DNA from: a virus
Lineage: Duplodnaviria > Caudoviricetes
Virus record (IMG/VR): IMGVR_UViG_3300001687_001195
Span: 1-64,000 of that record
Reading direction: 5' to 3' (one strand)
DNA: 64,000 bases
A program made the position numbers and the translations under genes. Position 1 is the stretch's first letter. Each line of letters opens with the position of its first letter. Positions 28,393 to 39,282 of the stretch are shown here, piece by piece. Below the pieces are notes generated by a model. The model ran no database searches and was not told the origin of the DNA. It saw only the letters and a program-made list of their open reading frames with translations.

Positions 28393-31300
28393 ATGGCGCG
28401 TCGTACCGGGCAAATGAATGTTATCTTCAAAGGCGAAGATAAGCTTTCTGCCGTCGCGCAAAAGGTAACATTAGCGCTCGGAGAGGTTGCGCGTGCGGGG
28501 CAACTTTCTCGTGCTGCTTTAGGATCTCTTGGCATTGGCGTTGCTGCTGCATTTCCAGAACGGAGTGTACGTAGAGCCAGGCAATTTTCAACGGCTACTG
28601 GACAAGTCAGAAGTAAAGTTGGGGAAGCCAGCCGTGCCGTAGCGCGCATGAACAGTATCATGGGCGCTGCTGGACGCCGCGTAGGATTTGCTACGAAGGC
28701 GATGGCTGGCTTTTTTGCGGTGTTCACGGGTATTCGAGCATTACGGGCGACAACGACGCTGTTGGCTGAGTTTGATGACACGATGGCGCAGGTAGGAGCC
28801 ATCTCTAGAGCAACTGCACGAGAGTTCGAGTACTTGACGAAGACTGCTCGTGCTCTTGGCGCCACGACAAAGTTTACTGCGAAAGAGTCTGCTGAAGGTC
28901 TTCTCTATCTTGCGCGTACCGGGTTTAGTGTTCAGCAATCGATTGCTGCCGTTCGGGCGACATTGGACTTAGCTACGATCGGCTTCATGGATCTTGGAGA
29001 GGCAGCCGATTACGCATCTAATATCGTTCAGCAATTTGCTCTTCGAGCGGAAGATACACGGCGCGTTGTGGATGCAATGGTCGTCGTATCGAACAACGCC
29101 AACACCAATATTCAGCAGCTAGCTCAGGCGTTGAAATTCGCTGGACCCCTTGCGGGCGCTCTTGGGCAAGAAGTAGAAGCTACGTCAGCCGCAATTGGCG
29201 TATTGGGAGATCGCGGTCTTCAAGCAACTCTTGCTGGACGTGGTTTGCGCGGAGTGATGGCTTCTTTGTTGAAGCCAACTGATGAAGCCCGCACTGTATT
29301 GACACAGATGGGCATTGCGCTGGATAAGATCAATCCAGAAGCGCATAATCTTGTTTCCATCTTCAAGACATTGCGCGGCGCAAATCTTAGCGCTAGCCAG
29401 GCATTGCGTATATTCAATCGTGAATCGGTGAACCAGGCATTGATTCTGATTCGCAATGTCGAATCAATGGAGGATCTTATCGATCTTCAGAAAGAATTGG
29501 CGGGGGAATCGAAACGCATCTCTGACGTGATGCAGAGTACGCTTGGCGGGCAATTCAAACAACTTCGTTCCGCAATGGAAGAATTTGGACAGTCGCTTGG
29601 AGAAGCAGGACTGACCAAATTCTTGAAAGACAGTACACAAGTTCTTACTGAAGCCATTCGTATTCTTGCGGGCTTTGAAGGCGCCGCACAAGAAGCTAGT
29701 GAAGGGGGTCTACGTCTTGCGCATGTGATTAAAGTTGTTACGGCGGGATTAGCAGCTTTTGTTGCTATGCATATTGGTGCATTTTTGATTAATCTCGGAC
29801 GGATGTTGGTTGTTACAGGTATTTCATTTTTACGACTTGGTAACAATATTCGGTTGGCTACGGCAGCTTTGTTCCGGTACAACCGTATATCTACAGGAGC
29901 AGCCGTTGCGACAAGGATCCTTGCGCGAAGTGTGCGTGCATCAGGCATTTCTTTTACCAGCATTGCATCATTAGTAGCAACTGCGGTAATTGTTTTCGCA
30001 TCGTTCAGTAGCAAAGCAAGTCTCGTTGACGAAGCGATGCGAAAGCTCCCGAACCGTTTTCATGAGTTTGCATTAGCTGCCGAAGAAGCAATCAAAATAA
30101 AAGTCCGCTTTGACAAGGCAATGGTGTCTGGGGATCAAGAGAAAGCGCTCCGTAGATTAACTGAACTTCAACATAATGCTAATGAGCGTGCGATAGAAAT
30201 TGAAGCACGTATCCGGAAACTTGGGGAAGCTAAAGTTCAAATTCCGATTGAAGAGATTGAACAAGTAATTCCTGTTATTCCCGAAATTCGGTTTTTTCCT
30301 CATCATCGTGCTGCTGCCATCAGAGAACTTGAACCAGTACTGCAAGAAATCGCTAAAAAGCTGCGGCTGGAAATTGAAATTGCTCCTGGCATCGTAGATA
30401 CACGAGCACTTCTGATGCTGATTCGTCAGTTTGATGATTTGAGGGAAGCGATTCGTGAAGCAGAAAAGAGAGGACAGGATTTTGATCTTACGTCGCTGAT
30501 TACGAAGTTTGATAGAGTCACTTCGATAATTGGCGAATATATTGTGAATCTAAAGGATAAAACCCGCATAAAACTTATTGATCTTCTTGCTCCTCTACTG
30601 ATGGAGATATATGCTGCGCAAGTCGAGCTTGAAAAAGTAACGCGTTTATATGGAGCACGGGGAGTTCAAGTACCTGCTGAAGAAGCTGCAGCGTTACGCA
30701 GGCGCATTCAGGATGCGACAAAGAAGGCAACAGAGGAATTACAAAAATTCGCTAAGAATGCAGATGCGCTATCAGGGAAAGCCGCAAAGAAATTTATTGA
30801 TGATTTTAACAAAGCTGTAATTGGGAGATTTCGAGAGCTTGGAAAAGAAGCGCCGAAGGGCAAGCCACCTGTTTACGATCCGGTGGAGATGGACAAAGCG
30901 ACAATCGCTTTGGAACGCTTGATAAAGGCTACACAATTTGAAACTCAGCTTATAGGAGAATCGGCATCTAAAAAACGGATTCTAACGGCTTTACGGGAAG
31001 CAGAAGCACATGCTCTCAAGATTGAAGAGACAGAGCGTAAGAAGCTCATTGCGCGGTATCGAGAAGCGTTAGAGCTTCAAGAACGGGAACTTGCTAATTG
31101 GGAACGGCAAGAGGGCGAAAGAAAAGCATCTAAAACAATTGGAGACATCATTCAGCAATTGGATCGCCGCATCGCTTTGATGAAGGTAGATGCAAGTATT
31201 GCTGAGACGATGCGGCAAGTTTGGGATGCAAATGATAAGGTAAATACGAAAAATATATTTACATTCTTGAAGTTCAACGCCGTCTTGATGGCTCGTCTTT

Positions 31301-34026
31301 TGATTTTGCGAGCTTTGGAGCGAAAGGAAGAAGAACGAAGAAAGAAGCAAGCAGAGGAAGAGCGTAGAGAGGAGCGACGTAAAGCTGGTGGGGAAGACAT
31401 CAAGCGCCGTATTCGAGATCTTGAGTTCGAGGTTTCGTTAATAGGTAAGGGGACGATTGAACGTGTTCGCGCGATTGCACAGCAAGAGCTTCTCAATATC
31501 GCTATGGAGACCGGCGCTGAGGTTTCCCAGAGGATGCTCGATCATGTAGCTGCGCTTGCAGAGACTCTCGAACGGGCTGCGCAAGGGTCTCAGAATCTTG
31601 CTCAAGATTTCAAGGAAGCGCTGGCGGAGGGCGGAGTCTCTCAGGCGACGAATGTTGTTTTCGACAACTTGAAGAGACAGATTCGCGGAACGGAAGAGGA
31701 AGTTACAGTTTTCAGCGCGGCGCTTGGGGATGCCTTTGAAGATGCTGCACGAGCGGGAATGGATGCCTTTACCGATGCTTTATTGGATCCTCTTGTAAAA
31801 GAGTTCCAGCGAGTTTTCGGTGACAATGGTGTTTTGACAAAGATTCTCAGTGCATTTTTCGATACATTCCTGCGGATGATGATGCAGGGGCTTGTTTCGC
31901 AACTTTTTGCTGGACTTGGGATCCCAGGACTCGGCGGAGCGAAACCTGGACCGTTTTCGGTTTCATTGGCGCCTAGCACAAATTATGACATTGTAGGCGG
32001 CGGCGGTGGCGGAACATCGCAATTTACGGGCGGCGGTGGAGATTTTGGCACAGCCGCGCCTGAAGGGGCTGCTCCGCTAGGCATTCCGGATAAGCAAGGA
32101 AAACAGCCTCCATTAACTCCCATCATTCCGTTTGTGTTGCCTCCTCCAACGGCGCCAAGACCCAAACCTGTTCCTATCCCGCGTAGAAAGCCTTTTCCGG
32201 CCCCTCCGCTACCGAAACCACCGGAAGGGGGCGCACCCCTTGGTGGTGGTGCTGCGGGGCCTCCTGTGCCTCCAAGGCCCCCTAGAAGGCCATTCGCACC
32301 CTCTCCCATGGGAATCCTGCGACCGATTTTTGCTCGACTTTCGCAAGCATTCCCGAAGGCCCGGCGTGGGCAGCAGTTTCCGACATTCGGAGCATTTGCA
32401 CAGGCGCTTCAGGCGGGCAAGGTGGTTTCTGCACCACGTCCGCTTGCTACAGGACTGCCGGGAGGGTTAGACCGCTACTTAGCGGCGCCAGAACCAGCGC
32501 CCGGAGGTGGAGGGGATTACGGATCAGCCGCCGCTCCTCCAATGCCAGAGGCCATAACGCCTTCGAGAACAAGGGGAGAAGGGGCTGCTCCTATTCCTGG
32601 GCGTTCGCCTTTCGGGATTCGTGGACAAGCACCAGGATTATCGAACATTGATTTTAGTTACTTAGGTGCGCAGATTGGGCAAGTTCTGCCACCGAAGGGA
32701 GCCCAAGTTGCGACATCGTTGGCGGGTTTGGGAGGAGCCGTTTCGAGTGGATTAGCGGGCATTCTTGGCCCATCGAGTGCGCTGGCTGGAGTACTTGGGC
32801 CTATCGGAGCAGCGTTAAGCTTGGCAACGATCGGAGCTACGCTAGGGATTGAGAGTTACACGCAAGGCAAGCAACTTGATGAGATTATCAAAAGCGGATC
32901 ATTGAAAGATGTGGACAAAGCGTTTGGTCGAATGGAACGTCGTTCGATGTATACGCTTTGGAATCCTTTCCTTTGGTCTGCGGCGAATCTTCCAGGTCTA
33001 TTTACTTCAAAAGCATTCAAACCAGGAGAGAAGATAAGTGCTGCTGGTCTTGGAATGTTGGCAGCAGCGCCGCTTTCTATCTTGGCTTTCGGCCCTTTGG
33101 GTATCATTGCGGCGATTGCAGGTATCGGTCATATCTTCAGTAGAGCGCGTAAACGTGCAAGACGGAGGTTGAAACGAGAACTGCGGCGGTTGACAAATCT
33201 TTTGCGGGATCAAGTCAAGGCGGCATTACCAGACACGGTTACACCTGACTATCTTGCAAAGTTGGATCGCATTTTTACAGCGGATTACCTTTCGAGAGAT
33301 GAGTTAAATCGAATTGCTTCGGAAGGTTTGGATCCATATCGGGATCTTGAACTTAATATTCTACAGCGCAATCCAGCTTTCCAAGCGTATCGTCGTGCAT
33401 CTGGGGCACCATACTTAGCGCCTGGCGGTTCTGCTCCTCTTGGCATTCCTGCCATCAACCAGCCACCTATGGCTGAAGACTCGGTAACGCGTTTAGTGAA
33501 TCCGGATGGCTTGGAATCCGGTTTGAAAGCTATACAAAGATACCTTGTTCCTCTAATTGAAGATGTACGTGTATCGGAAGGTATTCGTGAGTCAATGGAT
33601 TTGTCAGTGCCATTGGCTCAATTGATTCCACATAGATTCACTAAGCAAGCTCTTTCAAGGCATCCGGAAGTCTTTCCTGAAGTTGAAACGCATGAAGGCG
33701 CCAAAGATTCCCCCTGGATGTTTCGTCCACTTACTGATGGGCTCTTGACTAAACTGACTAAGGCAATACGCCCAACTCAAACACTTGGGGACGTGACCTT
33801 TTCTCGTGGGGCAGAACAAGCACTTCTTTCTGCACGCGAAATCTATCTTGGTCAGATGCAACGATTGGGATCTAGAGGACAAACAGTCGTGCAAGTGGGA
33901 GCACCACAACTGAGCGTAAATGCCAAGCTTTCTGGAGGTTATTCTGTAGAGATGTTGGCGCGCGATTTGAGCTTCCACACAGCCAAGAGTATTGGAGCGT
34001 CGTTGGGTACTCTTTCTAATGTGTAG
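28393..34026 (+). CDS. Tape measure protein (TP901-type core)
   Basis: EFDDTMAQVGAIS, ARALGATTKFTAKESAEGLLYLARTG, NTNIQQLAQALKFAGP, GLQATLAGRGLR; long helical middle; hydrophobic segments. Confidence 0.93.
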   Translation: MARRTGQMNVIFKGEDKLSAVAQKVTLALGEVARAGQLSRAALGSLGIGVAAAFPERSVRRARQFSTATGQVRSKVGEASRAVARMNSIMGAAGRRVGFATKAMAGFFAVFTGIRALRATTTLLAEFDDTMAQVGAISRATAREFEYLTKTARALGATTKFTAKESAEGLLYLARTGFSVQQSIAAVRATLDLATIGFMDLGEAADYASNIVQQFALRAEDTRRVVDAMVVVSNNANTNIQQLAQALKFAGPLAGALGQEVEATSAAIGVLGDRGLQATLAGRGLRGVMASLLKPTDEARTVLTQMGIALDKINPEAHNLVSIFKTLRGANLSASQALRIFNRESVNQALILIRNVESMEDLIDLQKELAGESKRISDVMQSTLGGQFKQLRSAMEEFGQSLGEAGLTKFLKDSTQVLTEAIRILAGFEGAAQEASEGGLRLAHVIKVVTAGLAAFVAMHIGAFLINLGRMLVVTGISFLRLGNNIRLATAALFRYNRISTGAAVATRILARSVRASGISFTSIASLVATAVIVFASFSSKASLVDEAMRKLPNRFHEFALAAEEAIKIKVRFDKAMVSGDQEKALRRLTELQHNANERAIEIEARIRKLGEAKVQIPIEEIEQVIPVIPEIRFFPHHRAAAIRELEPVLQEIAKKLRLEIEIAPGIVDTRALLMLIRQFDDLREAIREAEKRGQDFDLTSLITKFDRVTSIIGEYIVNLKDKTRIKLIDLLAPLLMEIYAAQVELEKVTRLYGARGVQVPAEEAAALRRRIQDATKKATEELQKFAKNADALSGKAAKKFIDDFNKAVIGRFRELGKEAPKGKPPVYDPVEMDKATIALERLIKATQFETQLIGESASKKRILTALREAEAHALKIEETERKKLIARYREALELQERELANWERQEGERKASKTIGDIIQQLDRRIALMKVDASIAETMRQVWDANDKVNTKNIFTFLKFNAVLMARLLILRALERKEEERRKKQAEEERREERRKAGGEDIKRRIRDLEFEVSLIGKGTIERVRAIAQQELLNIAMETGAEVSQRMLDHVAALAETLERAAQGSQNLAQDFKEALAEGGVSQATNVVFDNLKRQIRGTEEEVTVFSAALGDAFEDAARAGMDAFTDALLDPLVKEFQRVFGDNGVLTKILSAFFDTFLRMMMQGLVSQLFAGLGIPGLGGAKPGPFSVSLAPSTNYDIVGGGGGGTSQFTGGGGDFGTAAPEGAAPLGIPDKQGKQPPLTPIIPFVLPPPTAPRPKPVPIPRRKPFPAPPLPKPPEGGAPLGGGAAGPPVPPRPPRRPFAPSPMGILRPIFARLSQAFPKARRGQQFPTFGAFAQALQAGKVVSAPRPLATGLPGGLDRYLAAPEPAPGGGGDYGSAAAPPMPEAITPSRTRGEGAAPIPGRSPFGIRGQAPGLSNIDFSYLGAQIGQVLPPKGAQVATSLAGLGGAVSSGLAGILGPSSALAGVLGPIGAALSLATIGATLGIESYTQGKQLDEIIKSGSLKDVDKAFGRMERRSMYTLWNPFLWSAANLPGLFTSKAFKPGEKISAAGLGMLAAAPLSILAFGPLGIIAAIAGIGHIFSRARKRARRRLKRELRRLTNLLRDQVKAALPDTVTPDYLAKLDRIFTADYLSRDELNRIASEGLDPYRDLELNILQRNPAFQAYRRASGAPYLAPGGSAPLGIPAINQPPMAEDSVTRLVNPDGLESGLKAIQRYLVPLIEDVRVSEGIRESMDLSVPLAQLIPHRFTKQALSRHPEVFPEVETHEGAKDSPWMFRPLTDGLLTKLTKAIRPTQTLGDVTFSRGAEQALLSAREIYLGQMQRLGSRGQTVVQVGAPQLSVNAKLSGGYSVEMLARDLSFHTAKSIGASLGTLSNV

Positions 34027-34034
34027 GAGCCATC

Positions 34035-34403
34035 ATGCCGAAATCCGATACCGTTCAAACCGTTGTAGACGGGGTTGCAGTTGCTTCTGGAGCCGGATAC
34101 ACGACTACGGCTACGCTTGACATCAGTGCATCCTACGAGACCGTCTATCACATCAGTATCCAGAATGATACGACAAACGGCCCAACGACCGTTGGCGAAG
34201 TAATCATCGAAACCAGTCCTGATCAAAATAACTGGTTTGAGTACGGAAGCCCCGTAAAAGGCATTACGACCGCGAACGATGGCCGAGAAACTTCTGTGAT
34301 CGTGCCTATGGGGCATAAGTACTCGCGTATTAAGTACGGCGGTAACTCTGGTGGCGGGGATGTTACATATACGGTGATCGAGACTAAAGTGATTTCGATC
34401 TAA
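34035..34403 (+). CDS. Small Thr-rich beta-sandwich tail protein
   Basis: Composition and position after the tape measure gene. Confidence 0.55.
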   Translation: MPKSDTVQTVVDGVAVASGAGYTTTATLDISASYETVYHISIQNDTTNGPTTVGEVIIETSPDQNNWFEYGSPVKGITTANDGRETSVIVPMGHKYSRIKYGGNSGGGDVTYTVIETKVISI

Positions 34404-36040
34404 TGAGTTATCTTGTTAAGCCAGCAACTCCAATATTGAACGAGAGACATTCATTAGCGCACATGTTAGCAGGCGCTTGGATGTTTCCGGAGGGGGGAGG
34501 TCGTATTGCTACAGACTTCTCGCGGCTGGCAGCGCACGGAACGGTCAACCTAAGTAACGGATTTTATCCTGGATGGAGCCCGCAATTAATGGGTTATGTG
34601 ATGGACTTTCCATATGGAGGGTACATCAATGTTCCGAATTGTGAGCTTTACAATCAGGATGAGATGAGTGTTGAGTTACTTGTAACATTTAATCAACTGC
34701 CAAGCGTAGCAGCAAGTATTTTTGACATTGCTAAAGTAATTCACAGTTCATCTCCTAGTAAGTCATGGAAGCTATCGGCCGGACCTACGGACATTATTGC
34801 ATTGGTCGTTGAAGACGATACAGGATCAAGCTTTGTAACGCTTGTGCAAGGATCTTCTTTCAGTATCAATACTTGGTACCATGTTATCTGGACTTTAGAC
34901 GGAGCGGGGAATGTTACGCTCTATATTGATACAGTCGTCGAAGATACGGATACTCTTGGGTCTGGGAAGATCTACAAAGCGGATGGAGTTTTGCGTTTTG
35001 GGGACGATACAAACTACTTTGATGGCGAGATAGCTCACCTTCAGATTTGGGGGCGGTGTTTAACGTCGGATGAAGTTGCTCAACTATTTCATGACGGCTA
35101 TCAAGCATATCGAGAACCGCTCACAAAACATCTATTCATTTCGAGTGAGTACTACACAGCAGTATCCGGAGGAGGGGAAGATTTAGTTGATCCTGTTTTT
35201 CTTGCTCGATATGCAGGAAAACAAGGGTTGGATCTTCGCAATGATTATGGTTTGGAGGAGATGGAGTGGGTTCAAGAATCAAATCTTAATCCAAGTATGA
35301 TTAAGGGGGTGCATGGAGCATCGGTAACAGCAGGAGCATTAGGTGCGAAAGTGTTTGGCTTACGGGGGGTGATCCGAGAAAGTAATGCACAACTTTGTTA
35401 CTTTAGGCTGAACAGACTCTCCGCCCATCTAAAGTTACTGGATCAAGCAACGTTTTGGATTTGGGAAGACCGCATGATCTACGCGATGGGCGGAGACTTG
35501 AAATGGAATTTCTTACCAGGGACAGGCGGAAAAGCAGCATCTTGGACGGCACAGATACTTGCTTTAGATCCGTTTTTCTCTGATCAAGCTGGCGGCGAAT
35601 GGCTAACACCGACGATTATCACAACGATAGAAAATCCGTACTTGGCGCGCAACAAGGGTACGGCGCCTACGTGGCCTATCTTCATTGTTGAGGTTGGAGC
35701 AGCGAATGGAATTTCTAATTTCATCAAAATCACCAACCACACGGTTGATCCGCCATGGATGTTTCATTTGGGACTCCCATTTACCCTTCCATATCACGCT
35801 GGAGGTCCACAAGAGCAGATTATTATCGACGGATCCATACGTGAAGTTGTATGGATTCCAGCGGCGGGTGCGAGTGCGGGAAAACAACTCAATGTCACAG
35901 GTTGGCACAATGCGGGCGATTTCGTTTGGCTAGAAGGTGGACCCGAAAATGGTAAATGGAATGATCTTCGCTTTCAATGCGGAGGAGCATCGCCTTCTGG
36001 TGGAAGTGTCAAAATGCTTGTAAGACATCAGTGGTACTAA
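34403..36040 (+). CDS. LamG/ConA-like lectin domain fused to a distal tail (Dit)-like domain
   Basis: N-terminus: WYHVIWT..LYID..FDGEIAHLQIW; C-terminus: FWIWEDRMIY, LALDPFF, NKGTAPTWPIF. Confidence 0.65.
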   Translation: MSYLVKPATPILNERHSLAHMLAGAWMFPEGGGRIATDFSRLAAHGTVNLSNGFYPGWSPQLMGYVMDFPYGGYINVPNCELYNQDEMSVELLVTFNQLPSVAASIFDIAKVIHSSSPSKSWKLSAGPTDIIALVVEDDTGSSFVTLVQGSSFSINTWYHVIWTLDGAGNVTLYIDTVVEDTDTLGSGKIYKADGVLRFGDDTNYFDGEIAHLQIWGRCLTSDEVAQLFHDGYQAYREPLTKHLFISSEYYTAVSGGGEDLVDPVFLARYAGKQGLDLRNDYGLEEMEWVQESNLNPSMIKGVHGASVTAGALGAKVFGLRGVIRESNAQLCYFRLNRLSAHLKLLDQATFWIWEDRMIYAMGGDLKWNFLPGTGGKAASWTAQILALDPFFSDQAGGEWLTPTIITTIENPYLARNKGTAPTWPIFIVEVGAANGISNFIKITNHTVDPPWMFHLGLPFTLPYHAGGPQEQIIIDGSIREVVWIPAAGASAGKQLNVTGWHNAGDFVWLEGGPENGKWNDLRFQCGGASPSGGSVKMLVRHQWY

Positions 36041-36041
36041 C

Positions 36042-36959
36042 ATGGGTACTGTATTTCCAACAAAAATGCTTTTTCGTCTGGGAGAACTACAGACGAATCA
36101 AGGCTATGGTCTTGATGAAGATGATTACACAATTCCTGGAGTAAAGTTACTTAGGAACCCGATCTCAGTTATCGATTTTGAAGATAATTGCCCAGAGCAT
36201 ATTGAACGAGAAACAACACCAAGCATTAGCGGATCAGCAATAAAGGATGTTGTGACTCGTGCTCCGAGGCAAATGCGATTGAAATTAGGAGTTCATGCAG
36301 GGCGAGATGACTTTGCAAACAAAACGAAAATCTCAGGCCGTTCAGCGTACGATGCTTTGCAGTACTGGCTATACCAGAATCTTCAAGAAGCTAAAATGCA
36401 TATCTGGGATACGCGTTATGTGAAATATTTCGTTGGCGAACAGAAATGTCAATTCATTCCAGGCATGAGTCATGACAATATGGAAGTTGATTGTAGCTTG
36501 TTTGGAGCAGATCCATTTGTCTATTCAACTGTGAATGAAGGCGGTCGCCATCCGTGGCTGTACGATAACATCAGTGATCTTGAATGGGCAGGTACGACAT
36601 CTGGGCGCAATGCCGGAGATGAAGTTGCTTATCCTTTAATGTCAATTAAGAATACGCATTCAACGCGTACATGGACAACGGGCTATAAGTTGACGCATCT
36701 TGGTTTGCAAAGAGATATAGTTTGTACTGTGCATATTGCTCCTGGCCAAACTCATTTACTTGAATTAGGAAGAGTGCGAGGTTGGCTTGATGGACAAGCA
36801 GTAACAATAGGTATAGGTGGAGTACCTCTTTGGTTGCGTCCTGACGGTATCAATGATGAGTTTCGCATACAGCAATTGTTTCCACAATCAGTAGGAACAC
36901 GTCCGCCTGAAGACAATATTGTGATTCTATTCTCCTGGGTACCGAGGTATCAAATCTAA
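36042..36959 (+). CDS. Second Dit-like protein
   Basis: PRQMRLK, MHIWDTRYV, FGADPFVYS, NAGDEVAYPLM parallel the motifs of the upstream Dit-like domain. Confidence 0.6.
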   Translation: MGTVFPTKMLFRLGELQTNQGYGLDEDDYTIPGVKLLRNPISVIDFEDNCPEHIERETTPSISGSAIKDVVTRAPRQMRLKLGVHAGRDDFANKTKISGRSAYDALQYWLYQNLQEAKMHIWDTRYVKYFVGEQKCQFIPGMSHDNMEVDCSLFGADPFVYSTVNEGGRHPWLYDNISDLEWAGTTSGRNAGDEVAYPLMSIKNTHSTRTWTTGYKLTHLGLQRDIVCTVHIAPGQTHLLELGRVRGWLDGQAVTIGIGGVPLWLRPDGINDEFRIQQLFPQSVGTRPPEDNIVILFSWVPRYQI

Positions 36960-39280
36960 TGGGCTTTCCTCGCGGACTACCACCGGGCAATCTCATACGA
37001 CCAAGAGCACGTTGCTGGTTTGTGAGAGTTAGCCCCTCTGTTGTAGGTACTCTTGCGTTTGGAAGTCTTACGCCAAATCAAACAGGAACGATTACTGGAG
37101 AACGATTGACGGCAGTATCGAATCCGGAAAACGAGTTGGCTTCTGTTGCTGCATTCGATCGAGATCGTATTTACATGTTGGATGGCCGCATTCAACATCT
37201 CTCATGGGAATGGAATCGTATTGGAGGATGTGGTGCTTTCAGTTTAATTTTTACTTTAGATAGGTATCGTAAATCATGGGGTGTTGAACGTACATATGTA
37301 GAACCACCTTCTGAACTTCCGGAGCAAGACGCTGCTTCAGGTAGCGAAGATTCAGCGTTAATGCCGGATTTACTGCAAACGAATTTACTTACTGGAGTTC
37401 TTTTTTTAGATGATGAAGGAAATCCAGTAACACTTGCCCGCATGTTAAAGGAACGATGGGAAGTAGAGATTGAAGTCGATCTTTCTACATTGGAACCGGC
37501 AACGCCTGTTTGGCGAACGGTATACAGAGGCACACTTCATAAAGCGCGCGTACTTGGGTCTTCACATGGCGGCATTGCGTACTATGCTTCTGGGTTTGGG
37601 TTGATTGACGAATTGCGTCGAATAACAGTTAGCTATAATTACGATTACGATGTATTGGGCACTGAATATACGGTGGAAAAATTAGTAGCCCAAGCGATTG
37701 TAAATCATACAGTCGCGCGAACGCGCGTCTTGTGGAATCCTGAATTAATCGAAACGATTTCTACGGATACGATTCGACGTTTCGATGCACAAGGCTCAGT
37801 TCTGAGAACTATACAAACGCTGGCTTTTTATCATGGCGGTATTGAATGGGGCGTGAATCAAAACGGTGAATTTTACTTCATGCCTGAGAGTACGATAGCT
37901 CCTCCAGCGGGTGTAGGGATACATTTGATTACGCGAAGTGCTGTTGGAGTTGATCTTGAACAGGAGAATGAGCAGGCCCCAACGCATGTAATAGCTATCG
38001 GAAAGGATCTTGGCGGAAGAGTAGCTCAGGGGGAGGCGATTGATTTAGACAAAATAGCCAAGAACGCAGGTACATCTGAACGGTGGATCCAAGTGCCTGA
38101 GTTCATTGATGAAACGGATTTGAATCAAGTTGCTTATCGATACATTCAAGCAGCTTGGGCAGGACAAGATTCAGCACAGATGAATTTAGCAATGCGGATC
38201 ATCAAACATGAAGTATTGGATCTGCTTGAAACTGATTTGCCTCTTAAGAAAGTTTCGTTCAGTGACGATTTGCATGGTTTCTCTATCATTGCTTATCCTG
38301 AGAAGATTCAATATCAGGCTGGTTTTGATACTGACCAGATATTGCGGGCAGAAGGTTTGACGATTGACGAAGTACAAGACATGAAGTTACGCGCTTCTTA
38401 TGTCTTGGGTCGCGGGTATCGTACTCTTGCAGATGAGTTTGAACGTCGAGATCAACCAATCCAATCATTGATTACACGAAACCGGCAACGAGAATACCCA
38501 AGGTATACCCGGCGTCATGCAGATTTGCCGGATGGGCAATACCCTGGTGAATTATTTTGTCGTGAAACAGGTGCTTTAACAGGTATCTATGCCTGGTTAG
38601 AAAATCCCGACAATCAATTAAGAGGCTGGTGGCCTCTGATTTCATTGATGGCGAACGTGGATTTCACTCCTGTTGGAAGAAATGCATCATCGACTACGGA
38701 TGCTGGTAGTTCTTCTAATCCATCGACAAAGAGTAATGATGTTGCGTATTTTGCTCATGGGAATGCAGCGAATAATTTTCTTCATTTTTCTGCCGGATTT
38801 CCTGGTACTGGTGAAATGAGCGACATGGCAATTACCATGGTTCCTCGTTTTGCTTTAACGAATGCTTTGTCTCTTGGGGAATCTATCGAGCTTGTATTTC
38901 GCTATGCAATGATTGCTGTTGGCGCCAATGTGAATACTGCTCAGTTTGAAGAACGTAGGATGACTTTAGAGTATGAGCATCTGAAAGATTATGCAGCAGG
39001 AGATTTGATTGAGCGATTTGGATGGGTTTTGTTTGCGCGCGACTTGACACAAAATTCTGAACTACAGATGTACTTTGGTAGATTTGGACTGGACCCGCGA
39101 GACTACCATCCTTATGATCTGGAAGTCTACAGTCCAAAGATCATGATGGGTCCGTTTCGAGCGATCGATTTGTCAGGACAGGCGTTTGTGGACGCCAGCC
39201 GTCTCGGAGTTGGAACTTCTGTCGAGGCGTACTTTACAGACTTTGCTTCGCTGCTGGCGCTCCCGAGTCGGAGAGCATAG
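36959..39280 (+). CDS. Baseplate hub/Tal-like protein with a C-terminal beta domain
   Basis: VYRGTL, ASGFGLIDEL, IEWGVNQNGEFYF, THVIAIG; position after Dit. Confidence 0.6.
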   Translation: MGFPRGLPPGNLIRPRARCWFVRVSPSVVGTLAFGSLTPNQTGTITGERLTAVSNPENELASVAAFDRDRIYMLDGRIQHLSWEWNRIGGCGAFSLIFTLDRYRKSWGVERTYVEPPSELPEQDAASGSEDSALMPDLLQTNLLTGVLFLDDEGNPVTLARMLKERWEVEIEVDLSTLEPATPVWRTVYRGTLHKARVLGSSHGGIAYYASGFGLIDELRRITVSYNYDYDVLGTEYTVEKLVAQAIVNHTVARTRVLWNPELIETISTDTIRRFDAQGSVLRTIQTLAFYHGGIEWGVNQNGEFYFMPESTIAPPAGVGIHLITRSAVGVDLEQENEQAPTHVIAIGKDLGGRVAQGEAIDLDKIAKNAGTSERWIQVPEFIDETDLNQVAYRYIQAAWAGQDSAQMNLAMRIIKHEVLDLLETDLPLKKVSFSDDLHGFSIIAYPEKIQYQAGFDTDQILRAEGLTIDEVQDMKLRASYVLGRGYRTLADEFERRDQPIQSLITRNRQREYPRYTRRHADLPDGQYPGELFCRETGALTGIYAWLENPDNQLRGWWPLISLMANVDFTPVGRNASSTTDAGSSSNPSTKSNDVAYFAHGNAANNFLHFSAGFPGTGEMSDMAITMVPRFALTNALSLGESIELVFRYAMIAVGANVNTAQFEERRMTLEYEHLKDYAAGDLIERFGWVLFARDLTQNSELQMYFGRFGLDPRDYHPYDLEVYSPKIMMGPFRAIDLSGQAFVDASRLGVGTSVEAYFTDFASLLALPSRRA

Positions 39281-39282
39281 CT

